Shown here piece by piece: positions 25,585 to 35,076 of a stretch of DNA of 51,488 nucleotides. Source of the stretch: Chitinophaga pinensis (GTDB lineage Bacteria > Bacteroidota > Bacteroidia > SXHM01); assembly GCA_945861685.1 (NCBI GenBank), contig CAMAVO010000002.1, positions 1 to 51,488 on the forward strand, read 5' to 3'. The notes below the pieces were generated by a model. That model was not told the origin of the DNA, did not search any database, and saw nothing but the letters and a program-made list of their open reading frames with translations. Position numbers and translations under genes: made by a program. The first letter of the stretch is position 1. Each line of letters begins with the position of its first letter.

Positions 25585-25603
25585 TGATACAAAGGTAAAC
25601 AAA

Positions 25604-25951
25604 TTACTTCGAGAAATGTTTGCGCGTAATCACCTTCAGTAGTTCGCGTTCCAGAATGAACTGTGTGATTTTCTCTACTGAATCGGCAAAAGAATTGTCT
25701 GCAAATAGTTCGTTTGCCTTCTTTTCGCTCAGATCAATGGTGTAAAGCAATTGTGAAAACTTGTTGCGGTTATTTTCCAGCATATTCTTTACAACGGGCT
25801 TCACCTGCACAAACAATTCATCATAAGCAGTAGCCGTATTTCCTGAAAACGAAATGTCTATTCCGTTGGAAGCAAAATCTTTTTCCACCTGTGCAGCCGT
25901 GAGTCGGATGATCTCCTCGTTGTTTTTGTAAAGGGAAAGATTGGTTTGCAT
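25604..25951 (-). CDS. hypothetical protein (115 aa)
   Basis: ORF with normal composition. Its stop lies 19 nt before the start of the next gene. No family recognised. Confidence 0.55.
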   Translation of the reverse strand: MQTNLSLYKNNEEIIRLTAAQVEKDFASNGIDISFSGNTATAYDELFVQVKPVVKNMLENNRNKFSQLLYTIDLSEKKANELFADNSFADSVEKITQFILERELLKVITRKHFSK

Positions 25952-25962
25952 TTTTTATTCTA

Positions 25963-26001
25963 CCGCAAAGAGCGCAAAGGAATTCCGCAAAGTTCGCAAA
26001 G
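25963..26001. repeat. four copies of the short motif CGCAAAG around a GGAATTCC centre
   Basis: CCGCAAAG-A-GCGCAAAG-GAATT-CCGCAAAG-T-TCGCAAAG, read directly from the sequence. Confidence 0.5.
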
Positions 26002-26007
26002 AAAAAA

Positions 26008-26316
26008 TTATGCTTGCAGAACCAGGCGTTCTACAGGCGTATTTTCAATAATGTGTTTCTGAATTATTTCTTCCACATCACTGAGTTGCACATTGCGGTA
26101 ATAAACTCCTTCGGGGTAAACCACTAAGGTTGGACCGCTTTCGCAGGCATCTAAACAACCGGCACGTTGTGCGCGTACTTCGGTTTTCAAACCTTTATCG
26201 AGCAAAGACTTTTTAAAAGCAGCAACCAATGCCAGTCCGTGCTTTTCACCGCAACTTATGCGTTCACCGGCTGCACGCTCGTTGGTGCAAATGAATATGT
26301 GTTTCTTGAATTTCAA
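26008..26316 (-). CDS. thioredoxin-like [2Fe-2S] ferredoxin domain protein
   Basis: Cys ligand pattern HIFICTN ... SCGEK ... AGCLDACESGP. The only in-frame start is TTG at 26316, which overlaps the upstream stop as TTGA. Confidence 0.8.
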   Translation of the reverse strand: MKFKKHIFICTNERAAGERISCGEKHGLALVAAFKKSLLDKGLKTEVRAQRAGCLDACESGPTLVVYPEGVYYRNVQLSDVEEIIQKHIIENTPVERLVLQA

Positions 26317-27275
26317 CTTTGGCGTTGCATTAATTGTTCGGTAAAATCAGTCAGCATTTTTTTCTTTTCAGCAAGGGCGTTTACTTTTTCAAGAGCTGAA
26401 AGTCCTTTACTATAATACCTCTGCATTTCTGTTTCAGCCAGTTTTTTCACCTCCAGCAAATGGTAAACTACCTTTACACCTTCTACTTTTTTCTGTTCAT
26501 TTTTTTCGTTCAGCAAATCATTAAGCTTTTCTGTTGTTGATTCATCAGCCAACTCAAAAGCCTTCAGTAGTAGAAATGTTTTTTTGTTGGAAATAATATC
26601 ACCACCTGTTTGCTTACCTACTTTTTCTGTCTCGCCAAACACATCCAGAATATCGTCCTGCAACTGAAATGCAATGCCGGTATTCTTCCCAAATTCGTAT
26701 AAATTCTGTGCATCTTCATCCGTTGCGCCAGAAACCAAAGAGCCCATCTGCAAAGCAGCACCTAACAGCACCGCTGTTTTCAATTCTATCATATGAAGGT
26801 AGTCGGCAATGGAAACATTTTTTGCTGTTTCAAAATTCATGTCTAACTGCTGCCCTTCGCAAATCTCCAATGCAGTTTTATTAAAAACAGGAAGCAATTT
26901 TTTCAACAGTTCACCTTCATAGGCCGACAATAGTTCATACGATTTAATAAACATCGCATCGCCCGAAAGTATGGCTGTGCTGTTTCCCCACTTATGCCAG
27001 ACAGTTGGCTTTCCTCGTCTTAGAGGAGCGTTGTCCATTATATCATCGTGCAATAAGGTAAAGTTATGAAACACCTCTAATGCAACTGCTGCATCCAATG
27101 CTTTTTCATAATCATCTTTGTACAATGAATAACCCAACAACGCAAGTACAGGACGCATGCGTTTGCCGCCTAATGAAAAGGTATAGGTAACGGGCTCGTA
27201 TAATTCAGCCGGTTGCTCTGGTATATTTATTGAACATATTTTCTGATTGATTTTCTCTAACAGGTTTTGCATCAC
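26313..27275 (-). CDS. polyprenyl diphosphate synthase (trans-isoprenyl family)
   Basis: Both Asp-rich motifs are present (LLHDDIMDNAPLRRGKPT and FQLQDDILD). Confidence 0.9.
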   Translation of the reverse strand: MMQNLLEKINQKICSINIPEQPAELYEPVTYTFSLGGKRMRPVLALLGYSLYKDDYEKALDAAVALEVFHNFTLLHDDIMDNAPLRRGKPTVWHKWGNSTAILSGDAMFIKSYELLSAYEGELLKKLLPVFNKTALEICEGQQLDMNFETAKNVSIADYLHMIELKTAVLLGAALQMGSLVSGATDEDAQNLYEFGKNTGIAFQLQDDILDVFGETEKVGKQTGGDIISNKKTFLLLKAFELADESTTEKLNDLLNEKNEQKKVEGVKVVYHLLEVKKLAETEMQRYYSKGLSALEKVNALAEKKKMLTDFTEQLMQRQS

Positions 27276-27283
27276 AAAACCGT

Positions 27284-28225
27284 TTAGATAAGAGAAATAA
27301 ACTGTCCCTGCTCAATCACTCTTTTTAAACCTTCTTCAAATGAGATGGTGTCGCGTTTCAGCAATTGCTGCATCTTTGATGTATCAGGTTGTCTGCGTGT
27401 CATATCGCCTTCTGTTAATTCAGGAAGGTGAACAATTTTAGAAGAAGAACCGGTAACTTTAATAATGATGTTGGCCAGTTCCAGAATGGTAACTTCTTTT
27501 GTTCCGCCAATGTTTACCACATCATTAATATACATGTTGTTGTAAAAAGCGTTGGTACAGGCTTCAATATTATCTTCAATAAAACAAAAAGTGCGGGTTT
27601 GTTTTCCTTCACCATAAATAGTGATGTCGGCATTTTGCAAGGCCGCATAAATAAACTTAGAAATCACAAAGTCTTTGCTTTGCTTTGGTCCATAAGTATT
27701 AAAAAACCTGAACACGGTAAACTCCAGGCCAAATTCGCGTTGGTAAGAACGCAGGTACGCTTCGCCCACATTCTTAACAATGGCATAAGGCAAACGTGAG
27801 TTTAATGGTGTTGTGTCTTCATTCTGGGGAAACTCAACCGGTTCGCCATATACTTCTGATGAAGAAGAAAAGTAAACACGTCTTACACCTGTATTTTTAG
27901 AAAGGTTAAGTATGTTTTTTATTCCCGTAATATCTTCCAGTACCATTACAGGATTAGAAAGCGTACGTTTTACACCAACCAATGCAGCATAATGAAACAC
28001 ATAATCAAAGGTGTAGGCATAAAAAACGCTGGAGATATCTTCAAAGTGATTTACATCGCATTTGATAAACTTTACATTGCGGTAAGGCGAATCAGGAAGT
28101 TTTTTAAGCGAGCCTGTGCGCAGGTTATCAACTATAACCACATAATTATCGGGGTCTTCAGCTAATTTTCCGGCTAATGAACTGCCTACAAAACCTGCTC
28201 CGCCTGTTACAAGTATTTTTCTCAT
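27284..28225 (-). CDS. NAD-dependent epimerase/dehydratase (UDP-sugar decarboxylase/epimerase-like SDR)
   Basis: Rossmann motif MRKILVTGGAGFVGSSL and an extended-SDR layout with YAIVK (Y-x-x-x-K). Confidence 0.9.
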   Translation of the reverse strand: MRKILVTGGAGFVGSSLAGKLAEDPDNYVVIVDNLRTGSLKKLPDSPYRNVKFIKCDVNHFEDISSVFYAYTFDYVFHYAALVGVKRTLSNPVMVLEDITGIKNILNLSKNTGVRRVYFSSSSEVYGEPVEFPQNEDTTPLNSRLPYAIVKNVGEAYLRSYQREFGLEFTVFRFFNTYGPKQSKDFVISKFIYAALQNADITIYGEGKQTRTFCFIEDNIEACTNAFYNNMYINDVVNIGGTKEVTILELANIIIKVTGSSSKIVHLPELTEGDMTRRQPDTSKMQQLLKRDTISFEEGLKRVIEQGQFISLI

Positions 28226-28258
28226 CGTTTTTTGTCGGGTGGCAAAAGTAAATGAAAT

Positions 28259-29944
28259 TTACTCGGGATTCACCTGCTCTTTAGCGTTTTTTAATTCCTG
28301 AAGGTAGAGGGCATCTGAGATATCGGCTCCGTTTTTAAAATAAAATATCCCGCCCCAGTCGTGGGTTAGCTTTTTATAAATGGTTTGAACACCATCTACT
28401 TTTACGGTTGTAACAATAAAAGTCTTTCCGGTTTCTGTAACTGTTTCTTCTTTGTAAGAATTGTTTTTCCGCAACTCATATAAGGCTTTGGCTGCTTCTT
28501 CCTTCTTGCGGACAGCCTCTTCTTCTTTGGCTTTTATAGCTGCAGCCTCCTGTTCAGCTTCCAGACGTTCGCGTTCCTGTTTTTCGGCAAGTATGCGAGC
28601 TTTTTCTTCGGCTGATGCCTTTTCCGCTTCTTCTTTTGCTTTTCTGTCTGCTTCAATTTTTGCCAAGCGGTCTGCTTCTTCTTTTGCCAATTTCTCCTGT
28701 TCGGCCTTTATACGGGCTTGTTCTTCGGCTTCACGCTTTTTACGCTCTGCTTCAAGCTTAGCTGCTTCTTCGGCTTTGAAACGGACTTTTGCTTCATCTT
28801 CCAGTTGTTTTTGTTGCAATTTCGCTGTGGCAATAGAATCAGCAACAGCCTTTTCTTTTGCTTTCTTCTCTTCCAAAGCTTTCAGTTTTTGGGCTTCTTC
28901 TTCTTTTATTCTCAACTTTTCCAAATTGACAAGAGAATCGGCTACGGCTTTTTCGCGGATCTTTTGTTTCTCTAATTGCAATTTTTCCTGTGTGCGTGCA
29001 TTGGCAATTGAGTCGGCAACGGCTTTTTCACGCATTTTTCCTGCTTTCTTTAATGCTTCGGCCTCGGCTTCTTTTCTTGATTTTTCTTCTGCTGCAAGTT
29101 TTATTGCTTCGTATTTAGCATTGGCAATTGAATCAGTAATAAACTGCTGACGGACGAGTTTCTCAGCTTCCGCACGCTTGCGTGCTTGTTCAGCTTTCAC
29201 CAATTCATTTAGCTTATCTTCTTCTGTTTTCTTAAAGTTTTCTTCCTGTTTGCGCTTTTCCATCATTTTGGCTAAGTGTGCTTGCACAGCAGCCAATGAA
29301 TCTAATTTTGCCTGTTCTTTTGCCTGTGCAGCAAGCAATACTGCATTTTCGGCATCGTGTTTAGCCTGTTCCTGTTTTGCCAGTTCTTCGGCTTCCAATC
29401 TGCGTTTCTCAGCAGCGGCACGCAATTTATCCTCTTCAATTTTTCTTAAACGTTCGCGTTCAGCGGCATCAGCCATTTGCTTCTTCCATTCATCAAGGTC
29501 GTAATTAACCGTTACAAAGCCTCCCTCGTTTTCTTTATAAAGCACACCACCTGCGCTTTGTTCCCATTTTTTCTTGCCTTTAGCATCGGCTGTCAGAGGA
29601 TTTAGGTCTATTTCTATTTGTTTGGTGAATGTTTCATTTTGCTTGTTCTTGGGAACCTCCGTAATAAAATTAAACGTTTTGGTAGTGGAACCGGGAAGTC
29701 CTGCACTAATAACGTATTCAGCGCCCAACTCCAGTTTGGCTTTGAACTTGCCGGCTGAATTGGTAGTGCGATATAATAGTTTGCCTTTATCCCTGAAAAT
29801 CTTCACTTCTGCGCCATCCACGGGCTTTCCGGCACTGGTTACAATGCCGTCAACCATCAATGAGCCGCCTTCCTGAGCAAAACCCGAAAACGCAGAAACC
29901 ACCCATATGGCTACTAAAAAGAAGTTTAGGCTAAAGCAATTCAT
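28259..29944 (-). CDS. secreted protein with N-terminal beta-sandwich (CarboxypepD_reg-like) domain and a roughly 350-aa K/E/A-rich coiled coil
   Basis: The start is set at ATG 29944, which gives a signal peptide (MNCFSLNFFLVAIWVVSAFSGFAQE). An internal motif KAVADSIA-x-A recurs at least three times. A globular C-terminal tail follows. Confidence 0.7.
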   Translation of the reverse strand: MNCFSLNFFLVAIWVVSAFSGFAQEGGSLMVDGIVTSAGKPVDGAEVKIFRDKGKLLYRTTNSAGKFKAKLELGAEYVISAGLPGSTTKTFNFITEVPKNKQNETFTKQIEIDLNPLTADAKGKKKWEQSAGGVLYKENEGGFVTVNYDLDEWKKQMADAAERERLRKIEEDKLRAAAEKRRLEAEELAKQEQAKHDAENAVLLAAQAKEQAKLDSLAAVQAHLAKMMEKRKQEENFKKTEEDKLNELVKAEQARKRAEAEKLVRQQFITDSIANAKYEAIKLAAEEKSRKEAEAEALKKAGKMREKAVADSIANARTQEKLQLEKQKIREKAVADSLVNLEKLRIKEEEAQKLKALEEKKAKEKAVADSIATAKLQQKQLEDEAKVRFKAEEAAKLEAERKKREAEEQARIKAEQEKLAKEEADRLAKIEADRKAKEEAEKASAEEKARILAEKQERERLEAEQEAAAIKAKEEEAVRKKEEAAKALYELRKNNSYKEETVTETGKTFIVTTVKVDGVQTIYKKLTHDWGGIFYFKNGADISDALYLQELKNAKEQVNPE

Positions 29945-30210
29945 TATTGGTCGTAATAATAGCAGGTTTTCGTCTTGTTTTCCGCTTGGAACGGGCAAAA
30001 ATAAAAAAAAGAGGCATTCATCGGAAGGTATCTAAAACTCGGACGGAAAGAATGGTGTTTTTTGTCTTGTTATTAACCTGATTAGTCTAATTTCTAAAAC
30101 TTATCCACAACCCGATGTGTAATAAGAGGCAATTGAAGTGATTTGGTTTTAAACACACGCAAAGCTTCTTCAACATAAAATAAGTATTAACGATTTAATA
30201 AAATAAGAAG

Positions 30211-30588
30211 ATGAGACAAGCACTAACAAACTACATGCCCCAGCAAATGCCTGAGCGCAGACAGCAAACGGATAACCTGATGATTAAAGCTAATTACCAG
30301 CTTATCCAGTTAAAAACTGACGACATTCTTTTTATTAAAGCGCTAGCGGATTATGTTATCATAAAAACCACTACCGGAAAGTATATAACACTTAGCACTA
30401 TGAAAGATATGTGCGATAGTTTGCCAAGTGATAACTTTGTGCGCACACACCGTTCATTTATCGTGAACATGGAAAAAATTCACCTGATTAAAGGTTCAAG
30501 CCTTATCATCAGCGACAACAATATTCAGTTTACTGTTCCTATCGGAAGAGTTTACAAAAAAGCATTAAAAGCAACATTGAATTCTTAG
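30211..30588 (+). CDS. stand-alone LytTR-type DNA-binding protein
   Basis: 125 aa: IQLKTDDILFIKALADYVIIKTTTGKYI ... FVRTHRSFIVNMEKI. Confidence 0.8.
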   Translation: MRQALTNYMPQQMPERRQQTDNLMIKANYQLIQLKTDDILFIKALADYVIIKTTTGKYITLSTMKDMCDSLPSDNFVRTHRSFIVNMEKIHLIKGSSLIISDNNIQFTVPIGRVYKKALKATLNS

Positions 30589-30609
30589 TTGGTTTAGGTT
30601 TGATGTGTT

Positions 30610-30647
30610 AGCCCCGCTGTGTTTTAGGTTCACAGCGGGGCTTTTTT
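30610..30647 (+). terminator. rho-independent terminator
   Basis: 12-bp perfect stem AGCCCCGCTGTG/CACAGCGGGGCT, 9-nt loop, then TTTTTT. Confidence 0.8.
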
Positions 30648-30764
30648 ATTACCGATGAATTGAGGGAAGCTGCCAGATATAATACCCCCTCCAAATTTAG
30701 GACAGATAATTAAGTTGGTGAAAATGAATATATTTAACCCAAAATACCTTAGTGTAATTACTTC

Positions 30765-31931
30765 ATGATAAAAAAAGGTATACGAATTATAGTATTTTTA
30801 TTTATAATCTGTAACACCACTCTTGGGTTTATCGGAATCTCATCAATCCTTTTAACAATATCAATTTATTATTTGGGTTGGTATGTTTTAACAAAACTTA
30901 TTGATAGGTTCATTTCAAATATAAGTTCAGCACAAAACTATAAACTATTTATTGGAGCTTTAATTATGACTCTGTTTCTGTCAGAGGTAACATTAAAGTA
31001 TATAGTAAAATCTCATCTTACATATTTAGAAAAAAATAAAGAATTCTTTGACCACTCAATCTATAAACAAAATAACTTAATAAATTTCGAAAGTAATACA
31101 ATAAGGATTGATTCCAAGCCTGAATTCACCTATGAGCATCGTTATAATAGTCTTGGCTTAAGAGACATTGAACCAATCTTTAACAATAAGATTTTTACGG
31201 TCATTGGATTAGGAGACAGTTTTACAGAAGGTGTTGGAAGTCCACAAGATAGCACTTGGCTTAAATTACTTGAAAATAATTTAAAGAGATTAAACCATAG
31301 TATTCAAACAATTAATGCTGGCGCGAGGCGCAGTGACCCCATTTCAGAGTTTATTCTTTTAGAAAAAACCCTTTTAAAGTATAAGCCAAACGTAGTAATT
31401 GTTTCAATAAATAGTTCTGATATTGCAGATATTATTGTTAGAGGAGGTAAAGAAAGATTTGATAATGGAACTGTTACATATTCAAAAGGTCCTTGGTGGG
31501 AGTTTTTTTATTCTTTTTCTTATATTTTCAGAAACCTTATTCATTCAATTTTTGATCTTAATTATTTATTGCTTTCAGAAAAAGAATATGAAACTAAAAA
31601 ATCTATATCACTAGAAAAAATAAAGAATACTGTGTTCAATGATTATAAAAAATTAGCAAAAAAAAATAATTTCAAATTGATGATTATTTTACATCCAACA
31701 CAACAGGAACTTGAAAATAAAAATTTTCCCTTAAAAATGTTATCTCAACAATTCACTCAAGATAGCTCCTTTCAAACTATTGACTTATATAATGAATATA
31801 ATTTATATCAAAAAGAAAACGATTGCAAGTTCAGTGATTTATATTGGCAAACAGACTTACATCACAATTCAAAAGGATACAAACTTTGGGCAGATATATT
31901 ATCAACCAAATTTTCACCTTCAGACCAGTAG
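30765..31931 (+). CDS. membrane-anchored SGNH/GDSL-family hydrolase, extremely AT-rich gene
   Basis: It has N-terminal TM segments, block I GLGDSFTEGVG, and a late D-x-x-H-type block (QTDLHHNSKGY). Confidence 0.7.
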   Translation: MIKKGIRIIVFLFIICNTTLGFIGISSILLTISIYYLGWYVLTKLIDRFISNISSAQNYKLFIGALIMTLFLSEVTLKYIVKSHLTYLEKNKEFFDHSIYKQNNLINFESNTIRIDSKPEFTYEHRYNSLGLRDIEPIFNNKIFTVIGLGDSFTEGVGSPQDSTWLKLLENNLKRLNHSIQTINAGARRSDPISEFILLEKTLLKYKPNVVIVSINSSDIADIIVRGGKERFDNGTVTYSKGPWWEFFYSFSYIFRNLIHSIFDLNYLLLSEKEYETKKSISLEKIKNTVFNDYKKLAKKNNFKLMIILHPTQQELENKNFPLKMLSQQFTQDSSFQTIDLYNEYNLYQKENDCKFSDLYWQTDLHHNSKGYKLWADILSTKFSPSDQ

Positions 31932-32115
31932 GTCCGAATTTATTTCCGGTGGCAAAGCCATCTTAGATGCCCAAAATAAATAAATTAGCACATCCAAAAT
32001 CTGGACTGAAGCTTATGCAGATTTATAATCAATGTGCGCAGGCAGCTGAACTCAATCAAATCAGGTATATATTAATCAATTCCGGCATTTCAGCATGTTT
32101 ATTTACCTTTGCCCC

Positions 32116-32736
32116 ATGAACACCACCGAAACAAAGAAACTACCCGTTACCATATACGCTGAAAGCACGCCCAACCCCAATGCAATGAAATTTGTTGCCA
32201 ATAAAGGGCTGCTGAAAGATGTAAGCGTTGAATATACTTCCAAAGCACAGGCAAAAGGTTCGCCTCTTGCGCAAAAGCTGTTTGAGTTTCCGTTTGTGGC
32301 GGGTGTGTTTATTGCTGCCAATTTTGTGTCGGTTACCAAAACCAATGCAGTGGAATGGGAAAGCATAACACTGGAGCTGCGCAGCTTTATCCGTGAGTTT
32401 TTAGCAAATGGCGGTGAAGCTGTTGCTGAACTTCCGGAGAAGAAAGAAGAAGTTGCGGCAGCAAAAACGGAAGCAGCAACAGCTTCCACTTCAAAAGCCA
32501 ACCCGGATATTGATGCGAAGATCATTGCTGTACTGGAACAATATGTTCGTCCGGCAGTGGAAGGTGATGGCGGGAATATTCAGTTCAAATCATTTGAAGA
32601 TGGTAAGGTAAATGTGGTGTTGCAGGGTGCCTGCAGCGGATGTCCCTCCTCTACCATTACGTTGAAAGCGGGTATTGAAGCACTGCTGAAAAAGATGGTT
32701 CCTGAAGTGCAGGAAGTAGTAGCGGTAGCGGAATAA
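32116..32736 (+). CDS. NifU/Nfu-type Fe-S cluster scaffold protein
   Basis: It has an Nfu N-terminal domain (YAESTPNPNAMKF) and a C-terminal NifU domain with GACSGCPSS. The start is set at ATG 32116. Confidence 0.85.
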   Translation: MNTTETKKLPVTIYAESTPNPNAMKFVANKGLLKDVSVEYTSKAQAKGSPLAQKLFEFPFVAGVFIAANFVSVTKTNAVEWESITLELRSFIREFLANGGEAVAELPEKKEEVAAAKTEAATASTSKANPDIDAKIIAVLEQYVRPAVEGDGGNIQFKSFEDGKVNVVLQGACSGCPSSTITLKAGIEALLKKMVPEVQEVVAVAE

Positions 32737-32763
32737 TAAATCAAGCAAATAATTTAAACCACC

Positions 32764-32827
32764 GCACTCCTTCGACAAACTCAGGATGACCGGCACACAA
32801 TCAGTCACACTGAGCCTGTCGAAGTGC
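32764..32827. repeat. palindromic element family C (arms related to CTTCGACAGGCTCAG)
   Basis: The left arm CACTCCTTCGACAAACTCAG is inverted by CTGAGCCTGTCGAAGTG. A second copy lies at 37540-37590. Confidence 0.65.
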
Positions 32828-32841
32828 TTATATAACTAAAC

Positions 32842-33609
32842 ATGTATCCCGTTCGCGCCAAAAAACATTTAGGTCAGCATTTTCTTAAAGACGAAAACAT
32901 TGCCCGTAAAATTGCTGAAAGCCTTAGCGGGCATGGCGATTATAAACAGGTATTGGAAATAGGTCCCGGAACGGGGATGCTGACTAAATACCTTTTAGAG
33001 AATAAAGCGATTGATGTAAGCGTAGTGGAAGTTGACCGCGAATCGGTTGAATTTCTGAAACTGAATTTTCCGCAACTGAAAGGTAAAATAATTGAAGGCG
33101 ATTTTCTGAGACTGAACATTGACCTGGAGCGATATGCCATCATCGGCAATTTCCCTTACAACATTTCATCACAAATATTTTTCAACGTGCTGGAACACCG
33201 CAACCAAATACCCGAAGTGGTGTGCATGATACAGCGGGAAGTGGCTATGCGCATAGCCTCGCCTCCCGGAAGTAAAGAGTATGGAATACTGAGTGTTTTG
33301 CTTTCTGCTTTCTATGATATTGAATACCTCTTCACGGTAAACGAAACGGTTTTTGTTCCGCCACCAAAAGTAAAATCGGGTGTTATACGCCTTACGCGAA
33401 ACAACACCGAAGCACTTGACTGCGATGAAAAAGAATTTTTCGCGGTAGTGAAAACAGCTTTTAACCAACGCAGAAAAACATTGAGGAATGCACTCAAAAG
33501 TCTTACTTTCGCACCCGTTGCAGAAAGCAAACTGTTTGACAAACGTGCAGAACAACTGAGTGTTGGAGAGTTTGTTGAGCTGACGAAGTTGCTGTCTGTC
33601 GCAAAATAA
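32842..33609 (+). CDS. rsmA: 16S rRNA (adenine1518/1519-N6)-dimethyltransferase
   Basis: KsgA hallmarks are present: [39 protein letters not shown]. Confidence 0.92.
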   Translation: MYPVRAKKHLGQHFLKDENIARKIAESLSGHGDYKQVLEIGPGTGMLTKYLLENKAIDVSVVEVDRESVEFLKLNFPQLKGKIIEGDFLRLNIDLERYAIIGNFPYNISSQIFFNVLEHRNQIPEVVCMIQREVAMRIASPPGSKEYGILSVLLSAFYDIEYLFTVNETVFVPPPKVKSGVIRLTRNNTEALDCDEKEFFAVVKTAFNQRRKTLRNALKSLTFAPVAESKLFDKRAEQLSVGEFVELTKLLSVAK

Positions 33610-33613
33610 CAGT

Positions 33614-33674
33614 CGTCATTCCGAACTTGTTTCGGAATCTTATATTGAGATGCTGAAACAAGTTCAGCATGACG
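33614..33674. repeat. palindromic element family B, full copy
   Basis: CGTCA-TTCCGAA-CTTG-TTTCGGAA ... ATGCTGAA-ACAA-GTTCAGCAT-GACG. It sits directly upstream of mgtE. Confidence 0.75.
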
Positions 33675-33694
33675 TCTCTTCAAGCGGTTAAAAA

Positions 33695-35050
33695 ATGAAA
33701 TTTGAAGTAACCCCCTCATTTGTTTTTGAAGTGCACGATGCCATCAAGCATAAGCGGCACGATGATGTGGTGAAAATGCTGGAGCCGCTTCACCCTGCGG
33801 ATATTGCTGAGCTTATCAAAGAGTCGTGGACTCACGATGCACAATATGTTTACAATCTTTTAGACGAAGAAAAAGCTGGCGATGTATTGGTGGAAATGGA
33901 TGATGATGTAAAGGATGGATTCCTTGCTTCACTTTCTTCCGAGCAAATTGCCAAGCACATTGATAACCTTGATTCGGATGATGCTGCCGATTTGATTGCC
34001 GACCTTCCTGATGAAAAAATAAAGGAGGTTCTGGAGCAGATGGATGATGCCGAACAGGCAAGCGACATCGTTGACCTCTTGCGTTACGATGAGGACACCG
34101 CAGGCGGACTGATGGCAACCGAGTTAGTTACAGCTAACCTGAAATGGACGGTTCAGCAATCGATTGTTGAAATGAAAAGACAGGCAGAAGAAGTGGGAAG
34201 TATTTATACTGTGTATGTAATTGATGATGATGAAAAACTACACGGAATACTTTCATTAAAACGCCTTCTGATTTCGCCACCCGAAGAAAAAATAGAAAAG
34301 ATTTATTTCAAAGATGTGATATCCATTAATGCTGCTGCAAAGTCTGAAGATGTAGCTACGTTATTTGAAAAATATGACTTGGTTGTAATTCCTGTGGTTG
34401 ATATTACCGGCAAGTTGTTAGGCAGAATTACCGTGGATGACGTAATGGATGTAGTGCGTGAAGAAGCCAGCGAGGATTACCAGTTAATGAGTGGTATCTC
34501 TGAAAACATTGAGGCCGATGATAACCTGTGGGTAAGCACACGTGCGCGCCTTCCCTGGCTGATGGTTGCCCTTGCAGGTGGTGTGGTAGGTTCGCGTGTA
34601 CTTACTTCTTATGAGCCACAAATTCAGATACATCCTGAAATGGCTTTTTTTATGCCGCTGATTGCTGCTATGGGCGGTAATGTGGGTGTACAAAGTTCTG
34701 CACTTGTGGTACAAGGGCTTGCCAATAACACAATAGGTAAAGGAGATATTATACCTAAATTATTTCGCGAATTAATTGTTGGTTTATTCAACGGATTAAT
34801 CTGCGCTGTTTTGTTGCTGGCATACAATCTTATCTTTAATGATTACATGGCATTGAGCGTAACTGTGAGCGTTGCATTGCTTTCGGTGATTGTGTTTGCG
34901 GCTATCTTCGGAGCATTTGTTCCACTGGTGCTCAATAAATTTAAAATTGACCCTGCGCTTGCTACCGGTCCTTTTATTACTACTTCTAACGACATCATTG
35001 GTCTTTTCATTTATTTTATGATAGGCAGACTGATGTACGGGTTATTCTAA
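33695..35050 (+). CDS. mgtE: magnesium transporter MgtE
   Basis: It has an acidic N-domain, tandem CBS region and a C-terminal five-TM domain with the MGGNVGVQSS and PFITTSNDIIGL motifs. Confidence 0.92.
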   Translation: MKFEVTPSFVFEVHDAIKHKRHDDVVKMLEPLHPADIAELIKESWTHDAQYVYNLLDEEKAGDVLVEMDDDVKDGFLASLSSEQIAKHIDNLDSDDAADLIADLPDEKIKEVLEQMDDAEQASDIVDLLRYDEDTAGGLMATELVTANLKWTVQQSIVEMKRQAEEVGSIYTVYVIDDDEKLHGILSLKRLLISPPEEKIEKIYFKDVISINAAAKSEDVATLFEKYDLVVIPVVDITGKLLGRITVDDVMDVVREEASEDYQLMSGISENIEADDNLWVSTRARLPWLMVALAGGVVGSRVLTSYEPQIQIHPEMAFFMPLIAAMGGNVGVQSSALVVQGLANNTIGKGDIIPKLFRELIVGLFNGLICAVLLLAYNLIFNDYMALSVTVSVALLSVIVFAAIFGAFVPLVLNKFKIDPALATGPFITTSNDIIGLFIYFMIGRLMYGLF

Positions 35051-35076
35051 TTTCCAACCTCTAACTTCCAACTACT

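Noticed and set aside
28461-29876. Long plus-strand ORFs (229, 108, 100 and 85 aa) rich in S/A/F
   Set aside because: They are antisense mirror images of the K/E/A-rich low-complexity coding region of gene 28259-29944. The composition is an artefact of the complement of GAA/AAA/GCN codons.
32103-32525. 140-aa minus-strand ORF opposite the NifU gene
   Set aside because: It is antisense to a well-supported NifU/Nfu coding sequence. It is low-complexity, Ala/Ser-rich mirror sequence.
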